NCBI GenBank assembly: GCA_043826565.1 | Contig: JBDRPX010000007.1 | Location: 9,412-73,411 of the forward strand | DNA from: Candidatus Omnitrophota bacterium | GTDB taxonomy: Bacteria > Omnitrophota > Gorgyraeia > B26-G9 | Length of the DNA stretch: 64,000 nt | Direction of reading: 5' to 3' | Shown here: piece after piece, positions 39,350 to 48,082 of the stretch | Numbering within the stretch: the first letter of the stretch is position 1 | Layout of the letters: the number at the start of each line of letters is the position of its first letter | The notes under the pieces: model-generated | Seen by the model: the letters and a program-made list of their open reading frames with translations, nothing else | The model's database searches: none | Told to the model about the DNA's origin: nothing | Position numbers and translations under genes: made by a program

Positions 39350-39679
39350 GTGATGCAGGAAAGACGAGGGTGCCGCAGATACTCGGTATCATTCCCGGCG
39401 AAGGCGATTATTACCGACACGCAGCAAGTATTTGAGGGAACGGTAACGGATATTAGTTTTTCCGGGGTGAGGTTTATTTGCGGCCAAAATATCGAAGATG
39501 ACCGGCAGCTGGAAGTAACGCTTTCCATAGAGGATCAGGAGCTTACTTTAAAAGCCCGGGTGATCTGGTCGGCAAGTTTTAACGACCCCAACAAGGTTAA
39601 TCACGGATTAAAAGTCATCGGCGTGATGTTTGACGGAGACAGAAAAGTGCTGGAAGATTTTTTCAAAAAGATTCAGTGA
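39350..39679 (+). CDS. PilZ domain protein
   Basis: ERRGCRR (RxxxR) and DISFSG (DxSxxG). Confidence 0.85.
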   Translation: MMQERRGCRRYSVSFPAKAIITDTQQVFEGTVTDISFSGVRFICGQNIEDDRQLEVTLSIEDQELTLKARVIWSASFNDPNKVNHGLKVIGVMFDGDRKVLEDFFKKIQ

Positions 39680-39783
39680 TATTAAACTATAACAAAGGGT
39701 TACTCCGAACCAGTCCCGAAGTTTCGGGACGATTCAGGGGGTAATTCTCCCGCCAGGGGCGGGATCATTAAAGGAGGAAAGCC

Positions 39784-39879
39784 ATGTCGAAAAGTCATGA
39801 TACTAAAAAAAATGTAAAAAAGAAACCGCTGAAAACTTTAAAGGAAAAACGGCTGGATAAAAAAGCGAAAAAACAGTAA
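39784..39879 (+). CDS. 31-aa Lys-rich protein MSKSHDTKKNVKKKPLKTLKEKRLDKKAKKQ
   Basis: SD AAAGGAGG; below the ORF-track cutoff. Confidence 0.65.
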   Translation: MSKSHDTKKNVKKKPLKTLKEKRLDKKAKKQ

Positions 39880-40014
39880 AAGGCTTTTTTAAAAATATCT
39901 ATCCTATTTTTTAATTTCTTGCTTGTGTTTTGTTTTGCCAGTAGAATAAACCTAAGCACTTAAAGCCACGGAAGGTTCTGTGGCTTTTTCAGCTGTTGGA
40001 AAATTTTAAATAAA

Positions 40015-41355
40015 ATGATAAAGAAGAGCCGATCTAAACCCAAACAGAAGACTGTCCAAAAACTGTTTTCGGAAAAGAGAACTGATAACGGAGAACGCCG
40101 GCATTTTAAGCGCCGGGCCGCAGACCAGGATAAAACGCGCAATCATTTTAAAGAAACCATCAGCCACCAAGCTGGTGAGTTAAAAGTTAAAAATAGTCAG
40201 ATCCGGCAATGGGTAACTAAAGAAAAACTAGCCGAAGAGCAACTTCATATTCGCACTAAAGCCATGGAAGCAACGCTGGATGGTATTTTTATTGTTGACG
40301 CTCAAAAGAAGGATTTTCCGGTTATTTATGCCAATCAAGCTTTTCAGAAAATGACCGGTTATGCAAAAAAAGACATCCTGGGCCGAAACTATTTCTTGCT
40401 TTATGAAGCCCAGGCCGACGCGCGTACTTCCGGAGAAATAAAAAATACATTGGGCCAAAACAAGTCTTTTCATGGCGAGATGCTTAATTTTCGGGAAAAC
40501 GGCGAGAAATTCTGGAACTACCTGCGCATTGCTCCGGTGCGTGACGCGAAGGGCCTTGTTTCTCATTATGTGGGGATTCAGACCGATGTTACTGTAATCC
40601 GGCAGAGCGAGCAGGAGGTCAAGGAGCAGCGCGAAGAACTTTTGCATGTTACGCGTGTGGGAAAACTGGCGGAATTTGTTTCATCCCTGGCGCATGAAAT
40701 CAGCCAGCCTTTAACCGCAATTCTTTCTTATGCTCAAGCAGCTCAGCGTTTGCTTGGGGAACGAGAACCTCAGATTAAAGAAATTTTGGAATATATTGTT
40801 AGTGATGACCAGCGGGCGGCTGAGGTTATCCGGCGCTTACGGTTATTATTGAAAAAAGGCGAGCCCATATTTGAACCCCTCGATATCAATGTCATTATTA
40901 AGGAAACTATTGTGCTGATGGCCACGGATATTACGGTGAGGAACAAAATTCTTAAAACTGAATTAGCCGCGGATCTTCCGCTTATTCGCGGTGACCGTAT
41001 ACAATTACAACAGGTTTTACTGAATCTTATTAGTAATAGTTTAGACGCCATGGAAGGCCGCGATGATTTTCATGAATTAGCAATTCGCACTTATCGTAAA
41101 GATCCCGGCTGGATCATGGTCGAAGTAAAAGATTCCGGATGCGGTATCCCGGGGGAGAATTTAAAAAAGCTCTTTAAGCATTTTTTTACCAGTAAACCTG
41201 ATGGCTTAGGTATGGGTTTGTCGATAAGCCGTTCGATTATTGAAATCCATGGCGGCGGCTTAGAGGCTACGAATAATCCCGCCGGCGGAGCAATTTTTTA
41301 TTTCACTGTTCCCGTTTTTCCAGGGAAAAACACGGGAACAAAGGATTCACTATGA
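40015..41355 (+). CDS. Soluble PAS (LOV-like, Cys-less) sensor histidine kinase, FixL/NtrB-like core
   Basis: IYANQAF..MTGY...GRNYFLL...NFRENGEKFWN...VGIQTDVT; LAHEISQPL H-box; DSGCG and GLGMGL boxes; no TM. Confidence 0.9.
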   Translation: MIKKSRSKPKQKTVQKLFSEKRTDNGERRHFKRRAADQDKTRNHFKETISHQAGELKVKNSQIRQWVTKEKLAEEQLHIRTKAMEATLDGIFIVDAQKKDFPVIYANQAFQKMTGYAKKDILGRNYFLLYEAQADARTSGEIKNTLGQNKSFHGEMLNFRENGEKFWNYLRIAPVRDAKGLVSHYVGIQTDVTVIRQSEQEVKEQREELLHVTRVGKLAEFVSSLAHEISQPLTAILSYAQAAQRLLGEREPQIKEILEYIVSDDQRAAEVIRRLRLLLKKGEPIFEPLDINVIIKETIVLMATDITVRNKILKTELAADLPLIRGDRIQLQQVLLNLISNSLDAMEGRDDFHELAIRTYRKDPGWIMVEVKDSGCGIPGENLKKLFKHFFTSKPDGLGMGLSISRSIIEIHGGGLEATNNPAGGAIFYFTVPVFPGKNTGTKDSL

Positions 41356-41978
41356 TCAAGCTTATTCCGATAATATATGTTGTTGATGACGATGTCTCCG
41401 TATGCCGGGCCTTGAGATTATTACTAGAAGCTCACGGGTTTAAAGTCCAGGCATTTGCATGTTCGGAAGATTTCCTGTCTTTTAAACACCCGAAGGTCCC
41501 GTCATGCCTGGTTCTGGATATCCAACTGCCGGATATGAACGGGCTCACTTTGCAGGAAATAATGGCGCAAAAGGGGATGTTTATCCCGATTGTTTTTATT
41601 ACCGGACACGGGGATATTCCGATGAGCGTTAAAGGCATAAAAGCCGGGGCAGTTGATTTTCTTCCCAAGCCGTTTACGAACACAAAGCTACTCGCGGCCG
41701 TGGAGCTTGCTGTTTCAAAAAGCAAAATTAAAATTAAAGAGCTTGCTGAAATAGCAAAAATTAAACGGCGAATTAAAACATTATCCGCGCGGGAGCGGGA
41801 AGTTTTTCAACTCGTTGCCAAGGGAATGTTAAGTAAACAGATTGCTTACAAGCGGGGAACTTCCCTGCAGACAATCAAAGTTCACCGCAGCCGGGTTATG
41901 CAGAAGATGCAGGCTAAAACCGTAACTGAACTTATTAATTTCGCGCAAAAAGCAGGTATTACTCCCTCTAGGCTTTGA
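41352..41978 (+). CDS. FixJ/NodW-type response regulator (REC + LuxR HTH)
   Basis: VVDDD, LDIQLP, ITGHGDIPMSV, KP, LSAREREV...TIKVHRSRVMQKM. Confidence 0.92.
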   Translation: MIKLIPIIYVVDDDVSVCRALRLLLEAHGFKVQAFACSEDFLSFKHPKVPSCLVLDIQLPDMNGLTLQEIMAQKGMFIPIVFITGHGDIPMSVKGIKAGAVDFLPKPFTNTKLLAAVELAVSKSKIKIKELAEIAKIKRRIKTLSAREREVFQLVAKGMLSKQIAYKRGTSLQTIKVHRSRVMQKMQAKTVTELINFAQKAGITPSRL

Positions 41979-42038
41979 TTTTCTGCAAGTAATCTCAAGG
42001 ACAGCAGTTCCTCAAACCGCCACACAACATAATCCGCG

Positions 42039-42085
42039 ATTATACCCAGGTACAATTGATTTAATTCCGGGATCGTACTAATAAT
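42039..42085 (+). promoter_or_regulatory. Dyad box ATTATAC-CCAG-GTACAAT overlapping the -35 (TTGATT) of the mlaE promoter
   Basis: Copy 1 of 3; -35 at 42056-61, -10 TAATAA/AATAAT at 42079-85. Confidence 0.75.
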
Positions 42086-42091
42086 AGTATT

Positions 42092-43219
42092 ATGATACTG
42101 GAAAAGCTTGTTTTTGATTATTCCATACCCAAAACGCTTCTTGTTAAATTAGGAGGAGATTGGCAGATTTCTGCCGGGCTTCTCCCGATAACGGAGATTA
42201 CCGCGCAATTCACCAGCCATCCTGATATCGCACAAATCAATATTATTGTTTCAGAAGAGTTAGAGTGGGACAGCGGGCTTATTGCTTTTTTGCTTAAGTT
42301 GTCCAGGGAGTGCGAGCAAAAGAATATTCAGGTTGACCACAAAAATTTACCGCAGGGAGCGCAGAAGCTCCTCGAGCTTGCTTTAAAGGTACATGATAAA
42401 AATATTTTACCTCAAGAGGCGCGCGAGTCGTTTTTTGCCAAAGCCGGAGACAAGGTTTGGCAAATTTACGAAAGTCTGTGTTCAGGGCTTGATTTCTTGG
42501 GGGATATTACGGTTTCTTTCAGCCGCATAATTACAGGTAAAGCATATTTTCGCTGGGATGATTTTATGCTCATTGTCCAGAGATGCGGGGTAGATACGTT
42601 ACTGCTTGTTTGTTTGATAAGTTTATTAGTCGGAATGATCCTGGCTTTTGTCGGGTCAATACAGCTTAAAATATTCGGGGCTCAAATATTTGTTGCGGAC
42701 ATAGTCGGGATCGCCATGGTACGGGTATTGGCGGCAGTGATGACCGGTATTATTGTGTCCGGACGCATCGGGGCGTCTTTCGCGGCAGAGATAGGGATGA
42801 TGGAATCAAACGAGGAAATTGACGCGCTTAAAACATTAGGTGTTTCCCCCGTTGAATTTTTGGTTGTCCCGCGCGTTTTGGCATTAGTAATTATGATGCC
42901 GATTTTAACAATATACGCGGATCTTATGGGCATATTAGGCGGTTTTATTATCAGCGTGGGGATGCTTAGCCTTAATCCGGTTGAATATTTGAATCATACT
43001 CAAGCCGCGGTACAGCTTAATCATGTGTGGGTGGGGCTAATTCAAAGTTTCATTTTTGGGATGATTGTCGCGGCTGCCGGGTGTTTGCGTGGTATTAAGT
43101 GCGAAAGAAACGCGGCCGGCGTGGGAATGGCAACTACCTCAGCAGTAGTTACCGGAATAACCGGTATTGTAATCGCGACCGCGATCATTACATTTATTTG
43201 TCAGATTTTGGGAGTATAA
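42092..43219 (+). CDS. mlaE: MlaE-family ABC permease with N-terminal STAS-like domain
   Basis: WDSGL, GRIGASFAAEIG, EEIDALKTLG, VGMATTSAVV. Confidence 0.88.
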   Translation: MILEKLVFDYSIPKTLLVKLGGDWQISAGLLPITEITAQFTSHPDIAQINIIVSEELEWDSGLIAFLLKLSRECEQKNIQVDHKNLPQGAQKLLELALKVHDKNILPQEARESFFAKAGDKVWQIYESLCSGLDFLGDITVSFSRIITGKAYFRWDDFMLIVQRCGVDTLLLVCLISLLVGMILAFVGSIQLKIFGAQIFVADIVGIAMVRVLAAVMTGIIVSGRIGASFAAEIGMMESNEEIDALKTLGVSPVEFLVVPRVLALVIMMPILTIYADLMGILGGFIISVGMLSLNPVEYLNHTQAAVQLNHVWVGLIQSFIFGMIVAAAGCLRGIKCERNAAGVGMATTSAVVTGITGIVIATAIITFICQILGV

Positions 43220-43222
43220 ACT

Positions 43223-43990
43223 ATGGACTCAACAGTACTGCCGGTTATTGAAGTGCAGGATCTTGATCTTGGGTATAACGATACCCCGGTAATGCACAAT
43301 CTTAGCTTTAGCGTAAATAAAGGCGATATTTTTATTATCATGGGGGGAAGCGGATGCGGTAAGAGTACAGTGCTTAAGAGTCTGATCGGTCTTAAGGAGC
43401 CGGATAAAGGTAAGGTTTTATATTCCGGAAAGAGTTTTTGGGATGAAGATGAACTTGGGCAAAAAAATATTATGCGGCGGTTTGGGGTTCTTTATCAAAG
43501 CGGAGCGCTCTGGAGTTCTTTGACAGTCGGAGAGAATGTGGCGCTACCTTTACAGCTTTATACTAAGTTGTCCTTGCAACAGATACAGGAAATAGTATCG
43601 TTAAAACTTTCGCTGGTAGGCATGGAAGAATACGCAGACTCTTTACCTTCGGGAATAAGCGGAGGAATGCGTAAAAGAGCCAGCCTGGCGCGGGCAATTG
43701 CGCTGGATCCGGAAATTATTCTTTTTGATGAGCCTTCCGCAGGCCTTGACCCGATAAACTCGCGAAAACTTGATAATTTGATCCTTGATTTAAGAGATAG
43801 CCTGGGCGCTACGGTAGTTATTGTTACGCATGAACTCGCCAGCATCTTTGCTATCGGGAATAACTCCGTGTTTCTTGATGCGGAAAGTAAAACTATGATC
43901 GCGACAGGCGCGCCTAAGGATTTATTAGCTGATTCCAAGGATGAAAAAGTTATTCAGTTTTTAACCAGAGCTAAAAAGCAGGGAGTTTAA
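43223..43990 (+). CDS. mlaF: MlaF-family ABC ATP-binding protein
   Basis: GGSGCGKST, ISGGMRKR, DEPSAGLDP, VTHEL. Confidence 0.9.
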   Translation: MDSTVLPVIEVQDLDLGYNDTPVMHNLSFSVNKGDIFIIMGGSGCGKSTVLKSLIGLKEPDKGKVLYSGKSFWDEDELGQKNIMRRFGVLYQSGALWSSLTVGENVALPLQLYTKLSLQQIQEIVSLKLSLVGMEEYADSLPSGISGGMRKRASLARAIALDPEIILFDEPSAGLDPINSRKLDNLILDLRDSLGATVVIVTHELASIFAIGNNSVFLDAESKTMIATGAPKDLLADSKDEKVIQFLTRAKKQGV

Positions 43991-43993
43991 ACA

Positions 43994-44680
43994 ATGAGTA
44001 AAAAAGCGAACAAAACAATGATCGGAGTATTTACGGCCGGGGCACTATTATTGTTGATAATCGGAATAGTGGTTTTTGGCTCGGGAATGCTTTTCAAAAA
44101 AACCAATGAATTTGTTTTGTACTTTGACGGTTCAGTTAAAGGGCTTTCCGTAGGCGCTCCGGTGATGTTTCGGGGAGTTAGTATTGGTACGGTCAAAGAC
44201 ATCAGCCTGATCTATGATTCAAAAGCGGGAACGATCATGCTTCCGGTAATTATCGAGATTGAAGAAGGCCGAATCGAAGGTACTCCGAGTTTTGGGGAAG
44301 AGGGCGGAGATAAGAAGATGATTGAACTTGGGCTTAGGGCAAAGCTTGAGGTGCGGAGTTTTTTAACTGGGGAGCTTATGATCGCTTTTGATTTTTATCC
44401 GGATGAACCGACACAGCTTCGCAATATCCAAAAAGGTTATCCGGAATTGCCTACGCTTCCTACCTCTCCGGATATTTTCGCGCTTATGGATCAGCTTCCG
44501 ATCAAGGAAATCGCGAAAAATGTAGAGGCTACTACCCAGGGGATCAATAGATTGGTAAATTCAAACGATTTGCAGAATATGTTCAAGGAGATGAAACAGG
44601 CAATGCTGTCATTCCGTTTACTTACTGAATATCTTGAGCAGCATCCGGAAGCGTTTTTAAAAGGGAAACCAGGAGAATAA
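43994..44680 (+). CDS. mlaD: MlaD/MCE domain protein
   Basis: N-terminal TM, FDGSVKGLSVGAPVMFRGV, C-terminal LEQHPEAFLKGK. Confidence 0.85.
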   Translation: MSKKANKTMIGVFTAGALLLLIIGIVVFGSGMLFKKTNEFVLYFDGSVKGLSVGAPVMFRGVSIGTVKDISLIYDSKAGTIMLPVIIEIEEGRIEGTPSFGEEGGDKKMIELGLRAKLEVRSFLTGELMIAFDFYPDEPTQLRNIQKGYPELPTLPTSPDIFALMDQLPIKEIAKNVEATTQGINRLVNSNDLQNMFKEMKQAMLSFRLLTEYLEQHPEAFLKGKPGE

Positions 44681-44681
44681 G

Positions 44682-45332
44682 ATGAAACAGGTTAAGATTA
44701 ATTTTCGGGCAGTTATTAGCAGTATATGCTTTGCCGTGGTTTTAAGCGGCTGCGCGTTGATACCCACTACTCCGACACCGCGGTTTTATATGCTTGGGGC
44801 AGTATCGGAAAATTTAGTGAACAAAAAAATAAATATTTCTTTTGATGCGCTTATCGGCGTGGGCCCGGTTAAGATCCCGGAATATCAGAACCGGCCGCAA
44901 ATGGTTACCCAGGACAAAGATAAAATAATTAAATTCGCTCAATTCGACCGCTGGGGAGAATCGCTTGACCTTGGCATGGCGCGTTTGATCGGAGAGGATC
45001 TTTTAATTATTCTTCCGGAGGGGAAATTTATTTTATATCCCTGGAATTCATCGGTTGAGGTCAAATACCAGGTAGTTGTAGAAATTATTCAGCTGGATAG
45101 CGAGCTTGATAAGGATCTGTTTCTTGCGGCGCAATGGATAGTTATTGATACGCAAAATTCAAAAACAATGATCATCAAAAGAACAGAATCCCGGCATCCG
45201 ATTATCCCGCAAAACTACTCTGGTTTAGCCAAAACGCTAAGTATTGCCTGCGCCTCATTAAGCAAAGAGATTGCCGGGGAGCTGGAATCAATCTTAAAAG
45301 CAAAAAAGGATACTCAGGGGGCGGAAGAGTAA
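44682..45332 (+). CDS. pqiC: PqiC-family lipoprotein
   Basis: Lipobox LSGC, GVGPVKIPEYQNRPQMV, RWGESL. Confidence 0.82.
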   Translation: MKQVKINFRAVISSICFAVVLSGCALIPTTPTPRFYMLGAVSENLVNKKINISFDALIGVGPVKIPEYQNRPQMVTQDKDKIIKFAQFDRWGESLDLGMARLIGEDLLIILPEGKFILYPWNSSVEVKYQVVVEIIQLDSELDKDLFLAAQWIVIDTQNSKTMIIKRTESRHPIIPQNYSGLAKTLSIACASLSKEIAGELESILKAKKDTQGAEE

Positions 45333-45346
45333 GCAGTCTTAGGGGT

Positions 45347-45392
45347 ATTGTACCCAAGTACAATTGATTTAATTTTTTGCTGCGCCCATAAT
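45347..45392 (+). promoter_or_regulatory. Perfect dyad ATTGTAC-CCAA-GTACAAT overlapping the -35
   Basis: Copy 2 of 3; -35 TTGATT 45364-69, 17-bp spacer, CATAAT 45387-92. Confidence 0.8.
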
Positions 45393-45436
45393 GGCATTAA
45401 AGCTAAGAAAAGGCGCAGGTAAAATATGGAGATTAA

Positions 45437-45814
45437 ATGACACTTAAAAACCAACAGGTTTTTGTCGTGGATGATGATGAATCAGTATGCCGCGCGCTGA
45501 GTATGCTGCTGAGTACGTACGGGTTTATTGTAGATGCCTTTACTTGTGCTGAGGGATTTTTTCAGGCTGTACCGAATAGTGTTTCCGGGTGTTTGGTCAT
45601 GGATATTCATATGCCGGGGGTAGACGGATGGAAAGCTCTGCAGAGAATTAAAGAATCAGGATCCAGCCGTCCGGTGATCATGATTTCCGCGGATAAAAAT
45701 GAAGAGCTTAACGAGAAAGCTTTGAAAGCCGGAGCCGCGGGGTTTTTGCAAAAACCTTTTAATGACCAGGCTTTGGTTGATTTGATTAAGGCGGCGTTGG
45801 AAAATGAAAAATGA
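45437..45814 (+). CDS. Single-domain response regulator (FixJ-like REC)
   Basis: VVDDD, MDIHMP, IS, KP. Confidence 0.9.
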   Translation: MTLKNQQVFVVDDDESVCRALSMLLSTYGFIVDAFTCAEGFFQAVPNSVSGCLVMDIHMPGVDGWKALQRIKESGSSRPVIMISADKNEELNEKALKAGAAGFLQKPFNDQALVDLIKAALENEK

Positions 45815-46098
45815 AAAAAATCAGGCAAAAAATACCAAACCGTATGATTATATTATAAAGCCGTTTGATTTTGACGTGCTAGGGAACAAGATAAAAAAAC
45901 TGCTGAATGAAAAAGGCAGTTAACGCGAAGCAGTAAAAGTAAAAGGAAGCGAATTGCCACTATAGAAGCGGCAGGGAAAGGAGCAGGTATGGAGCATAAT
46001 AGCCTGGGGTTTCGGATATAGGTTTATTTTTATCGGCGGGTTGATCGGTTGTCTGGCGGAGTAGAGAAGTATATTATTTAAAAAAAGGAAGGTGTGTA

Positions 46099-46896
46099 AT
46101 GAAACAAAATCATTTAAAAGTATTTATAGCGGTAACAGTGTTTATTTTGTTGTTTTCGGGCATGGCAGTGTTTGCTTCTGAAATGGATGGGCGCATCGAA
46201 TCATCCGCGAAGCAGTCATATGTGTTCAAAACGTATCTCAATAACGACGCGATTAAAGTTCAGTCAAAAGATGGAGTGGTTACATTAATGGGAACTGTTA
46301 AGGAAGAATCCAACATATTATTAGCGAGAGAGACTGTGGCGAGTTTACCCGGGGTTAAAAGCGTAGATAATCAGCTGGTATTCAAAGGCGAGCCTCAGGT
46401 AAAAAATTCTGACGGGTGGATCAGTATGCAGATCAAAAGCTCATTGCTTTTCAACCGTAATGTAAGCGGTATCAAAACCCAGGTTTTTGTAAAGGACGGA
46501 ATAGTGACCTTAAAAGGCGAAGCCCAGAACCAGGCGCAAAAGGATCTGGCCGGAGCGTATTCCAGAGATGTTACCGGGGTTAAAGATGTAAAAAACGAAA
46601 TAACGCTAGCTAAAATGCCGGTAGAACCAAAACAGATGAAAGAAGAAAAACAGACAATGGGTGAGAAAATTGATGACGCGTCAATTACTGCGCAAATCAA
46701 GATGGCTTTTTTATCGCATCATTCAACCAGCGCTTTCAAAACCGGGGTTCAGACAACTGACGGAGTAGTAACTTTAACCGGTAATGCTACGAGTAGGGCT
46801 GCAAAAGACATGGCCGGCATGGTAGCTAATGATGTAAATGGCGTAACAAACGTGATCAATAACATGATTGTAGATCAAACAATGTCAAAGATCTAA
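46099..46896 (+). CDS. OsmY-like periplasmic protein with three BON domains
   Basis: Signal peptide; three DG.VTL.G...GV..V.N repeats; IDDASITAQIK. Confidence 0.9.
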   Translation: MKQNHLKVFIAVTVFILLFSGMAVFASEMDGRIESSAKQSYVFKTYLNNDAIKVQSKDGVVTLMGTVKEESNILLARETVASLPGVKSVDNQLVFKGEPQVKNSDGWISMQIKSSLLFNRNVSGIKTQVFVKDGIVTLKGEAQNQAQKDLAGAYSRDVTGVKDVKNEITLAKMPVEPKQMKEEKQTMGEKIDDASITAQIKMAFLSHHSTSAFKTGVQTTDGVVTLTGNATSRAAKDMAGMVANDVNGVTNVINNMIVDQTMSKI

Positions 46897-46995
46897 ATGA
46901 GGGTGTGCTGCTGGCGGTATTTGTCAAAGGATGCCGCCAGCAGAGGTCTTCAGGTTTTATGATCGGTAAACAGAAGTAAAAGGAAGAAGGTTCTT

Positions 46996-47163
46996 ATGTT
47001 GAATTATACGCTTACGTTTTTTGTTATTGCTATTATTGCGGCGCTGTTAGGATTTACCGGGATCGCGGGGGCGGCTGTGAATATCGCTAAGATCTTATTT
47101 TTTGTATTCCTTATTTTAGCGGTTGCCATGTTAGTTTTGGGAAGAAAGGGAAGACCCGTATAA
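46996..47163 (+). CDS. DUF1328 (YtjA-like) small membrane protein, 55 aa
   Basis: [39 protein letters not shown]; below the ORF-track cutoff. Confidence 0.88.
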   Translation: MLNYTLTFFVIAIIAALLGFTGIAGAAVNIAKILFFVFLILAVAMLVLGRKGRPV

Positions 47164-47202
47164 TTTTCCGAAAAATCCAAGACATGGGCTGTTTTTTAAT
47201 CC

Positions 47203-47673
47203 ATGAAAGGAGCGGTTATGATTAAAACAATATTGAGAACACTACATGTTTTAACCTGCGCTGTTTTAGTTGTTCAACTGGCAGGGTGCGGAACACTGAT
47301 GTATCCTGAACGCAGAGGCCAAAGAGGCGGGAGAGTCGACGTCGGTGTTGCTGTTTTAGATGGTATCGGGTTATTCTTTTTTTTAATTCCTGGTATCATT
47401 GCTTACGCGGTTGACTTTTCTACAGGGGCGATTTACCTGCCTGGGGGGATAGCTCGGGGTCCTTTAGATATAAAACAGGTAAAATTTGATCCCAAGAATA
47501 GCAGTATGGCGGATATCGAAGAAATTGTAAAAAAAGAAACCGGATGTGATGTAAGTCTGTACAGGAGAAAGATTCAGATTGTTAAAATGGAGTCTTCAGA
47601 GGAGATGATGGCGCGTTTTGCCGAAGTATTACCGGAAAGGGAGAATAATCTTCTTGCTTTATGCGTGAAATAA
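47203..47673 (+). CDS. Hypothetical lipoprotein
   Basis: Lipobox LAGC then GTLMYPERRGQ...VLDGIGLFFFLIPGIIAYAVDF. Confidence 0.7.
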   Translation: MKGAVMIKTILRTLHVLTCAVLVVQLAGCGTLMYPERRGQRGGRVDVGVAVLDGIGLFFFLIPGIIAYAVDFSTGAIYLPGGIARGPLDIKQVKFDPKNSSMADIEEIVKKETGCDVSLYRRKIQIVKMESSEEMMARFAEVLPERENNLLALCVK

Positions 47674-47703
47674 AGGCTGTGAAGCTCAAAAAATGGGGGA
47701 ATT

Positions 47704-47898
47704 ATGAATAAAAGTATGTCAGCTGTATTACTGGTTACCGGAGCCATCCTGATGTTTTTTGGGTTTAACGCTTACAACTCAGCTGGTTCTGACCTCTCGC
47801 GCTTTTTCACGGGCGCGCCTACAGACAAGGCGCTCTGGCTTCTTATTGGTGGAGCGATTGCCGGCAGCATCGGGTTTTTAAGTTTAGTTAAAAAGTGA
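47704..47898 (+). CDS. DUF3185-family small membrane protein
   Basis: Two TMs, SDLSRFFTGAPTDKALWLL. Confidence 0.82.
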   Translation: MNKSMSAVLLVTGAILMFFGFNAYNSAGSDLSRFFTGAPTDKALWLLIGGAIAGSIGFLSLVKK

Positions 47899-48082
47899 AA
47901 TAGTTTTTGTTTGAGATGGAATGGAGGCACATGTCAAAAAAGTTAATATAATGCTGAGTCAGGGCGCAAACAATAAGGCTGAAATAAATCGGTTTTTAAT
48001 TGCAGGGGTTTTTGTCGTCGCGGCAGACCTCTGCGTTTATTATTTTCTGAAATTTCTATTACCAAAAAGATAGGCGCGTAAT

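Noticed and set aside
39960-39990. c-di-GMP-I riboswitch (AAAGCCACGG word)
   Set aside because: It lacks the GGCAAAC/GNRA first stem and tetraloop receptor, and folds as a simple terminator-like hairpin.
45811-46021. Tiny ORFs between the REC gene and osmY (15, 9 and 10 aa)
   Set aside because: Too short and featureless to support; may be decayed small-protein genes.
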